Source of the DNA: a virus
Taxonomy: Duplodnaviria > Caudoviricetes
IMG/VR virus record: IMGVR_UViG_2840619991_000006
Span: 32,001-96,000 of that record
DNA: 64,000 nucleotides
Strand: one strand, 5' to 3'
Part shown: one piece after another, positions 1-8,339 of the stretch
How the letters are laid out: each line of letters opens with the position of its first letter
Position numbering within the stretch: the first letter of the stretch is position 1
The notes under the pieces: model-generated
What the model saw: only the letters and a program-made list of their open reading frames with translations
The model's database searches: none
Told to the model about the DNA's origin: nothing
Program-made: the position numbers and the translations under genes

Positions 1-272
1 TGAAGCGCCGGGATCAGGTGAAGAAGCTGCTGCGCCTCGATGGTCGCTTCGGGATCGTCGTTCCGCTTCCTCGCAAACAGCCGCGCCAGCGCCTTGAACA
101 CGGGCTTGCGAACACCGGTCTTCGCAGCGTCGCGAATCACCTCCGCCTTCTTGGAATTGGCGGCGGCGGCTTGGGATTCCCGCTCAAGCAGCTGGTCCAT
201 CGCCCGCTCAAGGTCGGACGGGGAAATGCTCGACGGGTCGATGGCAGGTTTCTCGTTCAGCTTGCGGGCCAT
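1..272 (-). CDS. GapR/DUF2312-like DNA-binding protein (3' end outside window)
   Basis: Not in ORF track. AGGAGG RBS then MARKLNEKP...LERESQAAAANSKKAEVIRDAAKTGVRKPVFKALARLFARKRNDDPEATIEAQQLL, resembling the GapR helix pattern. Confidence 0.5.
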   Translation of the reverse strand, partial: MARKLNEKPAIDPSSISPSDLERAMDQLLERESQAAAANSKKAEVIRDAAKTGVRKPVFKALARLFARKRNDDPEATIEAQQLLHLIPAL

Positions 273-332
273 GTGGCCACCTCCTTTCGGTCTTCAGAAG
301 TGCTTGGGTGCGGCGCGTCGGCGCCGGGAGGA

Positions 333-833
333 TCAGGCCGACGCCTCGGCCCGGGGCTGGGTGACGTTTCCGGACACGTGCGGCGGTTCGGCCGCGTCCC
401 GAATTTCCCGGGCATGGTCCATGACGTTCTGCGCGGCACGGGCGATGCGGCGGCGTTCCTGCTGGTCGACGTGATCGTCGGCCAGGGCATTGTCGATTTC
501 CTTGGCGAGAGTCCCGGACTCGATGTCGAGGCGGACGAGCTGACGGGCAAAGTCCGTTTCCGGACGCTCGTCGCCCTGCAACTCGGCCAGCTTCGCCGCG
601 GTGATTTCCCGCATCACCTCGATGAAGACCGGCGACCTCCCTCTGGCGATCAACGCGGCGTCCAGCGCAGCGGCGTCGGCAAGTTCCAGGTCGGTGCCAT
701 CAAGCGGGTTGCTGGTCTTGCGGAACTTCGCCGCCGTGAGGCCGGTGGCCTGCCTGATCTCCTGTGGACTCAGTTCCTGGACGGCCTGACGCAGCGCATC
801 CTCAATGGAGCCGGGCTTTCGATAAACGGTCAT
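333..833 (-). CDS. Phage regulatory protein, CII-like (CP76 type)
   Basis: MTVYRKPGSIEDAL...ESGTLAKEIDNALADDHVDQQERRRI; typical CII-like C-terminus, downstream of cro. Confidence 0.7.
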   Translation of the reverse strand: MTVYRKPGSIEDALRQAVQELSPQEIRQATGLTAAKFRKTSNPLDGTDLELADAAALDAALIARGRSPVFIEVMREITAAKLAELQGDERPETDFARQLVRLDIESGTLAKEIDNALADDHVDQQERRRIARAAQNVMDHAREIRDAAEPPHVSGNVTQPRAEASA

Positions 834-892
834 CCAAAATAGCCCTTTCGATTGGACGTGACGCCCCGGCGTTGCTTCCGCACATTGGGGAC

Positions 893-1168
893 ATGACTGT
901 TCAGCTTCCGCTTCCCATTGCCGACGACACCGGCATCGCCACGCCCGTTCAGGGCAGCGCATCGCTCAGCACCGTGACGCTCGTTGACCGGGCCGCAGCG
1001 GAGGCGATCCGCGCGCTTGCTCGGCTGGCCGTGGTGGTGCCGCGAGATGAGGAGCGGGAGGTTTGGGCGATCAGCAGCAGCGTCGGCGCCCTTGCGCAGC
1101 GCATTGCCGATCGAGAAGACCGAGTGCCGGTGAACGGTGCTGTCGCCGCTGGCCGGCTGGAGGTGTGA
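893..1168 (+). CDS. Hypothetical protein
   Basis: ATG at 893 after GGGG, protein-like composition; competes with a minus-strand ORF. Confidence 0.35.
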   Translation: MTVQLPLPIADDTGIATPVQGSASLSTVTLVDRAAAEAIRALARLAVVVPRDEEREVWAISSSVGALAQRIADREDRVPVNGAVAAGRLEV

Positions 1169-1193
1169 AGTGGTGACGATGACCGGCATGCGC

Positions 1194-1310
1194 TCAGCCT
1201 CCCCAGCACTTGCGGACGCCCAGCACGGCCAGACCGAACGCGACAACGGCGTAATATGGCCAGAGCGCGGTGGCGAGCTGTGTGGTCCAGGGCGGGTCGT
1301 AGAGCGGCAT
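1194..1310 (-). CDS. 38-aa single-TM small protein
   Basis: MPLYDPPWTTQLATALWPYYAVVAFGLAVLGVRKCWGG, translated by hand; in cro operon. Confidence 0.4.
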   Translation of the reverse strand: MPLYDPPWTTQLATALWPYYAVVAFGLAVLGVRKCWGG

Positions 1311-1319
1311 CAACATGGT

Positions 1320-1550
1320 TCAGGCCCCCGCCGCGAGGGTCAGCAGAAACGCAAGCCAGAGAGCGAGGAGACCGGCGAGCAGCGGCAGGATGGGTCCGGC
1401 GCTACCACGCGAGGAGTACCGCCCCACCCCGCATGCGCGCGTGACATGCCTCCCGCCTTCGAGGCACTCTTGACATGGTTCCAAATACTTGAAATCCGTC
1501 TTCAAGTTGTGCGCTGCCAGGATCTTGCTTGTGATGAAGCCCATGGTCAT
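1320..1550 (-). CDS. Small hypothetical protein with CxxC and C-terminal TM
   Basis: CQEC motif and hydrophobic tail; operon position after cro. Confidence 0.45.
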   Translation of the reverse strand: MTMGFITSKILAAHNLKTDFKYLEPCQECLEGGRHVTRACGVGRYSSRGSAGPILPLLAGLLALWLAFLLTLAAGA

Positions 1551-1608
1551 GGGTCACCTACTGCAATCAGATCAGCCGCGATACGGCACACCTCTTCTGT
1601 TTCGGTGA

Positions 1609-1884
1609 TCACTCGCCCCCTCCCTCTTGCTCAGGGGCGGACGGCAAAGAAAGCTTGGATGAGACTTCCTGTTCATCCAGGGCTTTGCTTTCCTGGAGCA
1701 GTTCGAAAAAGTCGTTTGGGGTCACCTCTCCTTTGGACGCGCAAAAGATGCGCGTCATCGCCGTCCAGCCCGGCTTGACCAGACCTCGGCGATACCGGCT
1801 GATCGCGGACTTATGGAGTCCTGCTTCTTGACCGAACTGCTCGTCAGTCAGGCCCCGGTTTTTTATGTGAGAAGAGAGATTCAT
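1609..1884 (-). CDS. cro: Cro-like HTH regulator
   Basis: MNLSSHIKNRGLTDEQFGQEAGLHKSAISRYRRG...KGEVTPNDF; divergent from repressor. Confidence 0.85.
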   Translation of the reverse strand: MNLSSHIKNRGLTDEQFGQEAGLHKSAISRYRRGLVKPGWTAMTRIFCASKGEVTPNDFFELLQESKALDEQEVSSKLSLPSAPEQEGGGE

Positions 1885-1893
1885 GTCCGTCAC

Positions 1894-1970
1894 GTTGCCA
1901 TCATTGCAACATGAGTTCAAGCCCGAAGTTGCCAAAGCTTCAACTGACGCGAAGTTGCAGCCATGGCAAC
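1894..1970. promoter_or_regulatory. Three 17-bp palindromic operators (OR-like), GTTGC-N7-(G/T)CAAC
   Basis: 1894-1910 GTTGCCATCATTGCAAC; 1928-1944 GTTGCCAAAGCTTCAAC; 1954-1970 GTTGCAGCCATGGCAAC, all in cro/cI intergenic space. Confidence 0.85.
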
Positions 1971-1978
1971 TTGTTGCA

Positions 1979-2356
1979 ATGAGTGACGAACAGCAAATAG
2001 CAGGCGCACGTCTCAAGGCGCTGCGCGAGGCCAAGGGATGGTCTCAAGAAAAGCTCGCCCAGGAAAGTGGGTTGGGCGACAAGACCCTTATGAGCAAAAT
2101 GGAACGTGGGCTAATTCGCCTCAACGATATAAAGCTGAGGCGTCTATCACAGGCTCTTGGATGTACCCCTGGAGATCTTCTCGCAGACGAGTCATACGAA
2201 CCAGCGCCACCGCATAAGGATGAAGACGAGGCTCTTTTCAACGAAGCTCGTCAGGTAATGTCAGACACTGAGTTAGATGACGTTCGCAGATACCTTCGAA
2301 TGCGAATTGAAATTGCCCGCGCACGACAATCATCACCGCCATCAAGAAAGTCCTGA
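1979..2356 (+). CDS. cI: CI-like Xre repressor, 125 aa, no S24 peptidase domain
   Basis: RLKALREAKGWSQEKLAQESG...MSKMERG...LSQALGCTPGDLL HTH; divergent from cro. Confidence 0.85.
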   Translation: MSDEQQIAGARLKALREAKGWSQEKLAQESGLGDKTLMSKMERGLIRLNDIKLRRLSQALGCTPGDLLADESYEPAPPHKDEDEALFNEARQVMSDTELDDVRRYLRMRIEIARARQSSPPSRKS

Positions 2357-2466
2357 ATATAATCAAGCACCAAGATTCGATCTTCACCCGATAGCGCTCG
2401 AAACATATCTAGCATTTCATCTTGATTTGCGCAGGCGATCTCCTCGTTCTTAAGCTCGCTCACCAT
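2251..2466 (-). CDS. Small ORF antisense to repressor 3' end; candidate antirepressor
   Basis: AAGGAG RBS; DEMLDMFRALSGEDRILVLDYIQ resembles the repressor C-terminal helices. Confidence 0.5.
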   Translation of the reverse strand: MVSELKNEEIACANQDEMLDMFRALSGEDRILVLDYIQDFLDGGDDCRARAISIRIRRYLRTSSNSVSDIT

Positions 2467-2580
2467 GCGGTCTCCTTATGACGCGGTCCCCGTGCGTGTC
2501 ATGGTTGGCCACCCTCAGGATAAAATGGCGAACGTGGGGATCATAACCAAGTAGAGGGACACAAACGCTTCTCAGGCAGT

Positions 2581-2608
2581 CGCCCCAGCCGCCGAAGCGA
2601 CCGGGGCG
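2581..2608 (-). terminator. GC hairpin after the accessory cassette
   Basis: CGCCCC...GGGGCG stem just past the stop at 2615. Confidence 0.4.
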
Positions 2609-2614
2609 CGGCGA

Positions 2615-3049
2615 TCAGGCTGCCAGCGGCTGGATGACCAACCAGCAACCGTCATTCGCTGCAAGCAGACCTTCTGCGATGGCTTCTTCGTAGGACGGAA
2701 GGTGGCGGCCAGCGTTGGCAAAGGCCGAGCGGGTGTTCTCCCACGCCTCCACGGCCTCTGGGCCGCTGGTGGCTGGGAACGGGTCGTGGACGATCACATT
2801 GCCAGCGCCGTAGAGTTCGGCACCGATCTTCAGCGCGCTGCGGGTGTCGAGGAGCACGGTGTGCAGCGCCACGTCAGCTAGATTCGGGACCGCGTACCTG
2901 CGGCCATGCTCATGGGCTTGGGCGTCGCCCAAGATAACCTTGACCTGTTGGAACGCCTCGTCGCGCTCCGCCTCGGTGTGGCCGAAGCGGCTCACCATCG
3001 CATGCTCATAACGGCTGAAATCAATCTCTGTGACGTTCGCGTAACCCAT
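2615..3049 (-). CDS. GRDP/DUF1399-like protein
   Basis: VPNLADVALHTVLLDTR...IVHDP matches the P-x-x-x-D-x-x-WH-x-x-IL-x-T...HH-x-P pattern in degenerate form; GAGGA RBS. Confidence 0.55.
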   Translation of the reverse strand: MGYANVTEIDFSRYEHAMVSRFGHTEAERDEAFQQVKVILGDAQAHEHGRRYAVPNLADVALHTVLLDTRSALKIGAELYGAGNVIVHDPFPATSGPEAVEAWENTRSAFANAGRHLPSYEEAIAEGLLAANDGCWLVIQPLAA

Positions 3050-3060
3050 TCTGTCGATCC

Positions 3061-4118
3061 TCATGATTTGCGCGTGATTGCGCGGGACATCGCTGCGATT
3101 TTTCCTACCAGCTTAGAAATTGCCGAGAGATCGTCAGCAGCGAAATCTTTCTGGCGCAGGCGGGCTTTCATCCCATCCTTCCCGTTGATTTGGTTGTAGA
3201 CGGTCCGTGGCGAGCTTCCCCGGATCTCACCGATGACCTCCGGAGACAAGCCGGCCCCAATCAGCGCAGCAACGTGGGCCTGCGCATCCGGCAAACCGAA
3301 AGCGGTCCGCAGGCTTGCAGCGACCGATTCAACGTCATCACCAAATCGGGCAACGACAAGGATCACCGTTCGCTCAAGCTCACCAGGAGCTATGGCCATC
3401 AGCAAGGGTTCGCCGCGAAGGCGTCGCAGGAAGACCGTTTGCGGCGCCCGGCTCCTTGCGACCGCGGCGATCGCCATCCGTAGTTCCTGCTCACCTTCGC
3501 TCATGATGGCTGTGACGTGTCCGGTCTCGTCCAGGCACACCCCGTCCCCCCGATCAGCGCATCACCGAAGCTGGAGTTGCCGTGGATCAGGACGCCGTCA
3601 TCGCGGCACAATGCGACAGCGAGGTCCAACGCATCGAGAGCTGAGCTGAGCCCGACCAACGCGCGGCGGAGCTTCGCAATCTCGAACAGATCCTCGCGAG
3701 TATCGACCGGTGGAAGGTATTGCTCGACAGCCAGGGATGGCAGGCCGACGCGGACCTGGACGCACGTTCCATCCGAGAGGCATAGATTCGATACCGCCAT
3801 GCGGCCGTGCTGGTAATCGCCGACCCACTGCAAACGCTCTCTTGCCCGCCGCTCTATCGTCTTACGCGCAAGATACGATACCGGGTCCCGATTGATTTCA
3901 GCGCTGGCCATCGCACCAGAATTCAGCACGCTCCAGAAAAGTGACGCATAAGTTTCCTTCAGATAATCTGAACATGGAAACATCCGAACCTGCGCTGTAT
4001 TCGCCCATGCTACTGCATCCTCTGGGGAATATACGAGAACAGCACCGCCAAATTCCTCAGCAGTGCTTATCATCACTGTCGCGGATGGCGGGAGACCGAT
4101 GGGGAACGCGTCTGGCAT
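3061..4118 (-). CDS. PAS-PAS-LuxR HTH transcriptional regulator (frameshift at the C6 run 3546-3551)
   Basis: PAS-like AVLVYSPEDAVAWAN and AVALCRDDGVLIHGN; LuxR-like LRTAFGLPDAQAHVAALIGAGLSPEVIGEIRGSSPRTVYNQI; adding one base joins the two ORFs into 352 aa. Confidence 0.75.
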
Positions 4119-4328
4119 GTCGTAACAATCATGCTGACTGGAGGCACAAAAGGAACGGTACGGCAGAGCATCGATATCGGCATGGTCAATTTTACACATG
4201 CCAGAGGGGTCAGAGCTTTTTCTGTAAAGATTGGATCGCCCGATGCACATACTGGAATATGATAAGGCCGCCGAACGCAGATGCATTCGACGGCCTACAG
4301 CGAATTAAGATTAGAAATATCGACTATA

Positions 4329-5261
4329 TCAAGCAGTAGCGGTTTCCCGGTGCGAAGCCCTTCCCTTCGCTGCTGAACCTGACTTCTCTGCAAAAGAGAG
4401 ATAGGTCGCGCTTGCAACGATCAATGCTGCACCAATCAGGTCTGCGCCGGTCATTTCCTTCCCGAACACTAACCATCCAACGATGGCTGTTGCCGGAAGG
4501 GTAAGATAATCAAAGCAAGACACGTAAGGCAGTGGTGCAGCAGCCAGCGCCTTCGCCGTTGCGATCTGCGATCCTGCGGCAAGAATTCCGACTGCAATCA
4601 GTCCAGCCAGGACCCAGCCCCCGATTTCGAACGGCACCCAAGCTCCGTAAGCAAGCGGCGCCATGCCGAGCGCCGAGGCGGCCATAAATACAAGAACGAT
4701 CAGGTGGGCTGGATTTGTCGACGTGAGCCGGCGTACGGCTGCCAGCGACACGGCGGAGAGCATAGCCCCTGCCAAGGCAGCGATGATGCCCAGGTCGAGC
4801 CCAACAGACAACGCCGGATAAACCGTTACGATGACGCCGATCAGCCCAGCCACCACGGCGGACCAGACCCGCCAAGACGCCCTCTCACCCAACAGCATCA
4901 TAGCGGCGCCCTGCATAAACAGGACTCGGCTCATCACGATCAGGTTGATAAGCGCAAGGTGTTGTCCGCTGGTCCAGGCGTAGAGGATGCAATAGCCCGC
5001 CAGCAGCCCGGTTCCGCACCGGATCGAAAACCACATCAGATTATTGATCTGACGCAGCTCAGCCAGGATGCTTCGACCGGAGAAAATGATGCCCACCGCA
5101 AGGGCGCCAAGCGCTCCGACCGAGCGGAAGAAGCCCAGTTGCTCAGCGGTAAGCCCATGGCTTGAAAGATACTTGGCGACCGCTCCACCAAAGGTGAACA
5201 GGAAGGCGGAATAGATCGCCCAAGCTGCTGCGTTTGGACGTTTAAAAAATGAAGGAAGCAT
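4329..5261 (-). CDS. EamA/DMT-family transporter
   Basis: About 10 TM segments in two repeats; LLGERAS and WLVFGKEMTGADLIGAALIV motifs. Confidence 0.9.
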   Translation of the reverse strand: MLPSFFKRPNAAAWAIYSAFLFTFGGAVAKYLSSHGLTAEQLGFFRSVGALGALAVGIIFSGRSILAELRQINNLMWFSIRCGTGLLAGYCILYAWTSGQHLALINLIVMSRVLFMQGAAMMLLGERASWRVWSAVVAGLIGVIVTVYPALSVGLDLGIIAALAGAMLSAVSLAAVRRLTSTNPAHLIVLVFMAASALGMAPLAYGAWVPFEIGGWVLAGLIAVGILAAGSQIATAKALAAAPLPYVSCFDYLTLPATAIVGWLVFGKEMTGADLIGAALIVASATYLSFAEKSGSAAKGRASHRETATA

Positions 5262-5294
5262 GCTGCGCCTCAAATGATTTTGTCTAGGCGAACA

Positions 5295-6005
5295 CTAAAG
5301 ATGATCGAGAATTTTTCTCCTCCTATCTTCGTATTCTTCTTTTGTTATAACCTTTCGTTCAAACATATCTTTCAGAGTTGATAAACGTGTTGCAGTGTTG
5401 GTAGGCGCGCTGGTCGTAGGCTTCGTTTGCGGATTTGGCTTTGGTGATTGCAGCTCTCCCACACGCGGGTCGTAGATTGAGTTTATGAACGGCACCAAAA
5501 CACTATTATCGCCTGGCCTCGCCATCGCCTGAAACAACTGAAGGCATTTATTTTCCATGTACATTTTTCCTAAGACATTGAATTTTCCGAACGCACTATC
5601 GGAGCGGCCACCATATTCAAGAATTTTTCGATTATTATCTGCATAGAAGTTATGACTTGTCATTACCCACTCGTCACCCCTATTAGATTGTTTCATAATC
5701 TCTAAAGCGATACTCTCTGTTGCCTTACCTAAGTCAAAGTTGTTTCCACAGAAGCAAGCTATCGCTCTTTGCTCATCAGCCGAAACTTGCTTAACCGCAT
5801 ATGCATTAATGCCTGAACTTGATACGCGGCCAGGGTCATTGATAATGTCTACAGGCCCATTTATCTGCGCACGCATCCGGCAATCTGCGGGAAACTTCTC
5901 CATTGCTTCAGATGCATCGATGTGCGACTTAGTAGTTTGACATGCCCCCAAGAGCACCAAAACCATAGAAGCCGCAAGCCGCGTGATTAGGATTAATTTT
6001 CTCAT
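5295..6005 (-). CDS. Lipoprotein with C-terminal SHOCT domain
   Basis: Lipobox LGAC; RLSTLKDMFERKVITKEEYEDRRRKIL; low GC. Confidence 0.8.
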   Translation of the reverse strand: MRKLILITRLAASMVLVLLGACQTTKSHIDASEAMEKFPADCRMRAQINGPVDIINDPGRVSSSGINAYAVKQVSADEQRAIACFCGNNFDLGKATESIALEIMKQSNRGDEWVMTSHNFYADNNRKILEYGGRSDSAFGKFNVLGKMYMENKCLQLFQAMARPGDNSVLVPFINSIYDPRVGELQSPKPNPQTKPTTSAPTNTATRLSTLKDMFERKVITKEEYEDRRRKILDHL

Positions 6006-6778
6006 TACAAATCCTCCAAAATTTTCCGACGCCTATCTTCATATTCTTTTTGAGAAACCAGATTGCGTTCTCGAAGATCCTTCAGCGTGGCTAAGCGCGC
6101 CTCAACTGAACTCCCCATTGTTACCAATGGCGCGCCTGCTGATTGCGGCCTCGAAACGGATAAGGCGGTAAGTTTTGGGTCGTCCAAGGCTTGGTCAATG
6201 GCGGCTTGCATACTATCGTTTATGATTTTCCTCAAGCCATCGACTTGCGAAACAAAGCTACCATCTTCCACACGATTATCCTCATAGACCTGAGAATACA
6301 ATTGCTGCCCTGTTGATTTATCGATTGCTTTTACATTAAACCTTGTATGCCCCTCACGGCGCATGAGTTGGTTTGAGTCCAATCGTTCAATGCTTACAAC
6401 AAGACCAATATACGCAACGTCAGTTTTTGCCAGCAATCCACGAGATTTTAATCCCTCGATGAATGCTTGTCGCACCATGTCATTTACCGGAGTTTTCGTT
6501 TCAAGTATCCAAAACGGGTTTCCATATCCCCCGCGAACAGTCCCAATTTTATTGGATGGATTCTTTCGAGCGTCGGTTACCGTTGATATTTCGACCATTG
6601 GAATAGCGCCGGTGGCGGCAATGGTTTGAGCAGCGGGCCGATACGTCAGGTCAGTCGGCGTCGTCCCGCATCCTGGTAAGCAAATAGCTACCGCACTTAA
6701 TACAAGCGCGCCGATTCCACTTTGCACTGAGAGCCCGCTTCGCACCGGCCTTCCATTCGACGAAAGTAGATGCCTCAT
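6005..6778 (-). CDS. YajG-like lipoprotein with C-terminal SHOCT domain
   Basis: Lipobox LPGC; VTDARK...IGTVRGGYGNP; RLATLKDLRERNLVSQKEYEDRRRKIL. Confidence 0.75.
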   Translation of the reverse strand: MRHLLSSNGRPVRSGLSVQSGIGALVLSAVAICLPGCGTTPTDLTYRPAAQTIAATGAIPMVEISTVTDARKNPSNKIGTVRGGYGNPFWILETKTPVNDMVRQAFIEGLKSRGLLAKTDVAYIGLVVSIERLDSNQLMRREGHTRFNVKAIDKSTGQQLYSQVYEDNRVEDGSFVSQVDGLRKIINDSMQAAIDQALDDPKLTALSVSRPQSAGAPLVTMGSSVEARLATLKDLRERNLVSQKEYEDRRRKILEDL

Positions 6779-6919
6779 CTTAAACAGCAAGAAGGGCCTA
6801 AGCCGCTGATGGCCGGCATCTCCAAAAACGGGCATTCTTCCTCCAGCGCATACAATAATATGCATTCATGATATCCAACACCACCATGGCGACTGTGACA
6901 CACACCCGCCGAGGCATCA

Positions 6920-6971
6920 GTTGCCAATTTTGCAACTTTCCACTTGACGCGCTGGTTGCCATCATGGCAAC
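6920..6971. promoter_or_regulatory. Two 17-bp operators (OL-like) flanking TTGACG; early operon promoter region
   Basis: 6920-6936 GTTGCCAATTTTGCAAC; 6955-6971 GTTGCCATCATGGCAAC; TTGACG at 6944-6949. Confidence 0.8.
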
Positions 6972-7140
6972 GTCCGTTATGTACCCCGCACGGTAGCGGT
7001 TCACACCACCACCCAAGGGGTACGCGCTTCCACGCTCCTTCGAGCGTTGGGCGTTTCCTCCTCAGACTGTGCCCGCCGGTCGAGCCGGTCGGCGGGCACC
7101 TTCTCAGGGCGGAGCGCAGAATCCGGAAGAGGACACCGCC

Positions 7141-7335
7141 ATGGGCCAGCCTGCCCGCCGCACTGCTGACGTTGACCAAGAGTTTCTTACCGCCTGCCGC
7201 TCGGTCGTTGCGCCGGTGCTGGAGCGAGCGGCACAGGACATGGGCGTGGTGGACGAGGCCCGGCATCTCTGGGCGATCAGTTCGCCGATCCCGCCCAGCC
7301 AGAAGGGCAGGGCGGGGCATCCCGCAACGACCTGA
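7141..7335 (+). CDS. Phage early hypothetical protein
   Basis: GAGGA RBS, high GC3, first gene of early operon. Confidence 0.6.
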   Translation: MGQPARRTADVDQEFLTACRSVVAPVLERAAQDMGVVDEARHLWAISSPIPPSQKGRAGHPATT

Positions 7336-7454
7336 CCGCTCCCCTCCCCTTCCCGATCCCCAGCCCCTTACCCGCGTCGATCCCGCGGGTGGGGCATGAG
7401 GCGTTGAAGACGGCCCCATCCGGCCCGGCCAACCACCAACATCAAGGATCACCG

Positions 7455-7868
7455 ATGCTCGACGTTTCCATCACCGAGGTTTTCGGCGGCTGCGCCTGCG
7501 AGGGATGCCGCCAGACCCGCTCGATCAAGCTGGAGGGCGTCGCCATCGACGCCGCGCGTCGGCTCGACGCCAACCATGACGCCATCGCCCAGCAGATCAA
7601 GGCGCTCTTCGATCAGGTGAAGGACCTGATCGGGCAGGGCAAGGCGGACGCCGATGTGCTGTGGGAGATCATCAAGCACGAAACCGGCACCGAGGGCATG
7701 AAGGGGCTGCGGCTCGACACCGATTACCTGACGGACCACGGCATCGCCTTCCTGCATGTGCCGATCACCGACGCCAGCGCCGACACCACCGAACAGGACG
7801 CCGAACCCGCCTCGCAAGACGTGGGCGCCGTCGAGACCGCCGAGACGCCCGCCGCGGCGGCGGACTGA
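7455..7868 (+). CDS. Phage hypothetical protein (CxCxxC, acidic tail)
   Basis: AAGGA RBS, strong codon bias. Confidence 0.7.
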   Translation: MLDVSITEVFGGCACEGCRQTRSIKLEGVAIDAARRLDANHDAIAQQIKALFDQVKDLIGQGKADADVLWEIIKHETGTEGMKGLRLDTDYLTDHGIAFLHVPITDASADTTEQDAEPASQDVGAVETAETPAAAAD

Positions 7869-7955
7869 CCTCCCCTCCCCGCCTGCCGCCGGGGTGCGCT
7901 GAACCTGCAAGCACCCCGGCGCACTTCCTCCACGCACTGAACGCCAGAGGGACCC

Positions 7956-8339
7956 ATGGCTTCCCCTGCCCCACTCAACAACCCTGCCCCGCACGGTGCC
8001 TGGACGTTCTATCCGTTCCTGATCGCCATGAACCATGGCGCCCCGGCGAGGGTGGATTTTGGCAAGGCCCGTGGCGCCTTCGGCGTCCACGGCGAGGACG
8101 ACGGTTGGCACCTGACCCACCTGCCGACCGGCGCGCTGATCGGCATCGCGCCGAGTGCCGAGGCGGCGATGCACGCCGCCGAGGGGATCGAGAGGGTCTG
8201 GGATTGGACCAGCGCGGATGAACCCGACGATTCAGCCGCCCCGGTGATCCGAGAGGTTCTGCGCATCAACGGCGTGAAGCGGTCAGAAAGCCGGCCCGTC
8301 CGGGTGGCCCCCGTACAGACTCCCGTGATGGCAGCCTGA
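7956..8339 (+). CDS. Phage hypothetical protein
   Basis: GAGGG RBS; W-x-LTHLPTG motif common in phage proteins. Confidence 0.7.
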   Translation: MASPAPLNNPAPHGAWTFYPFLIAMNHGAPARVDFGKARGAFGVHGEDDGWHLTHLPTGALIGIAPSAEAAMHAAEGIERVWDWTSADEPDDSAAPVIREVLRINGVKRSESRPVRVAPVQTPVMAA

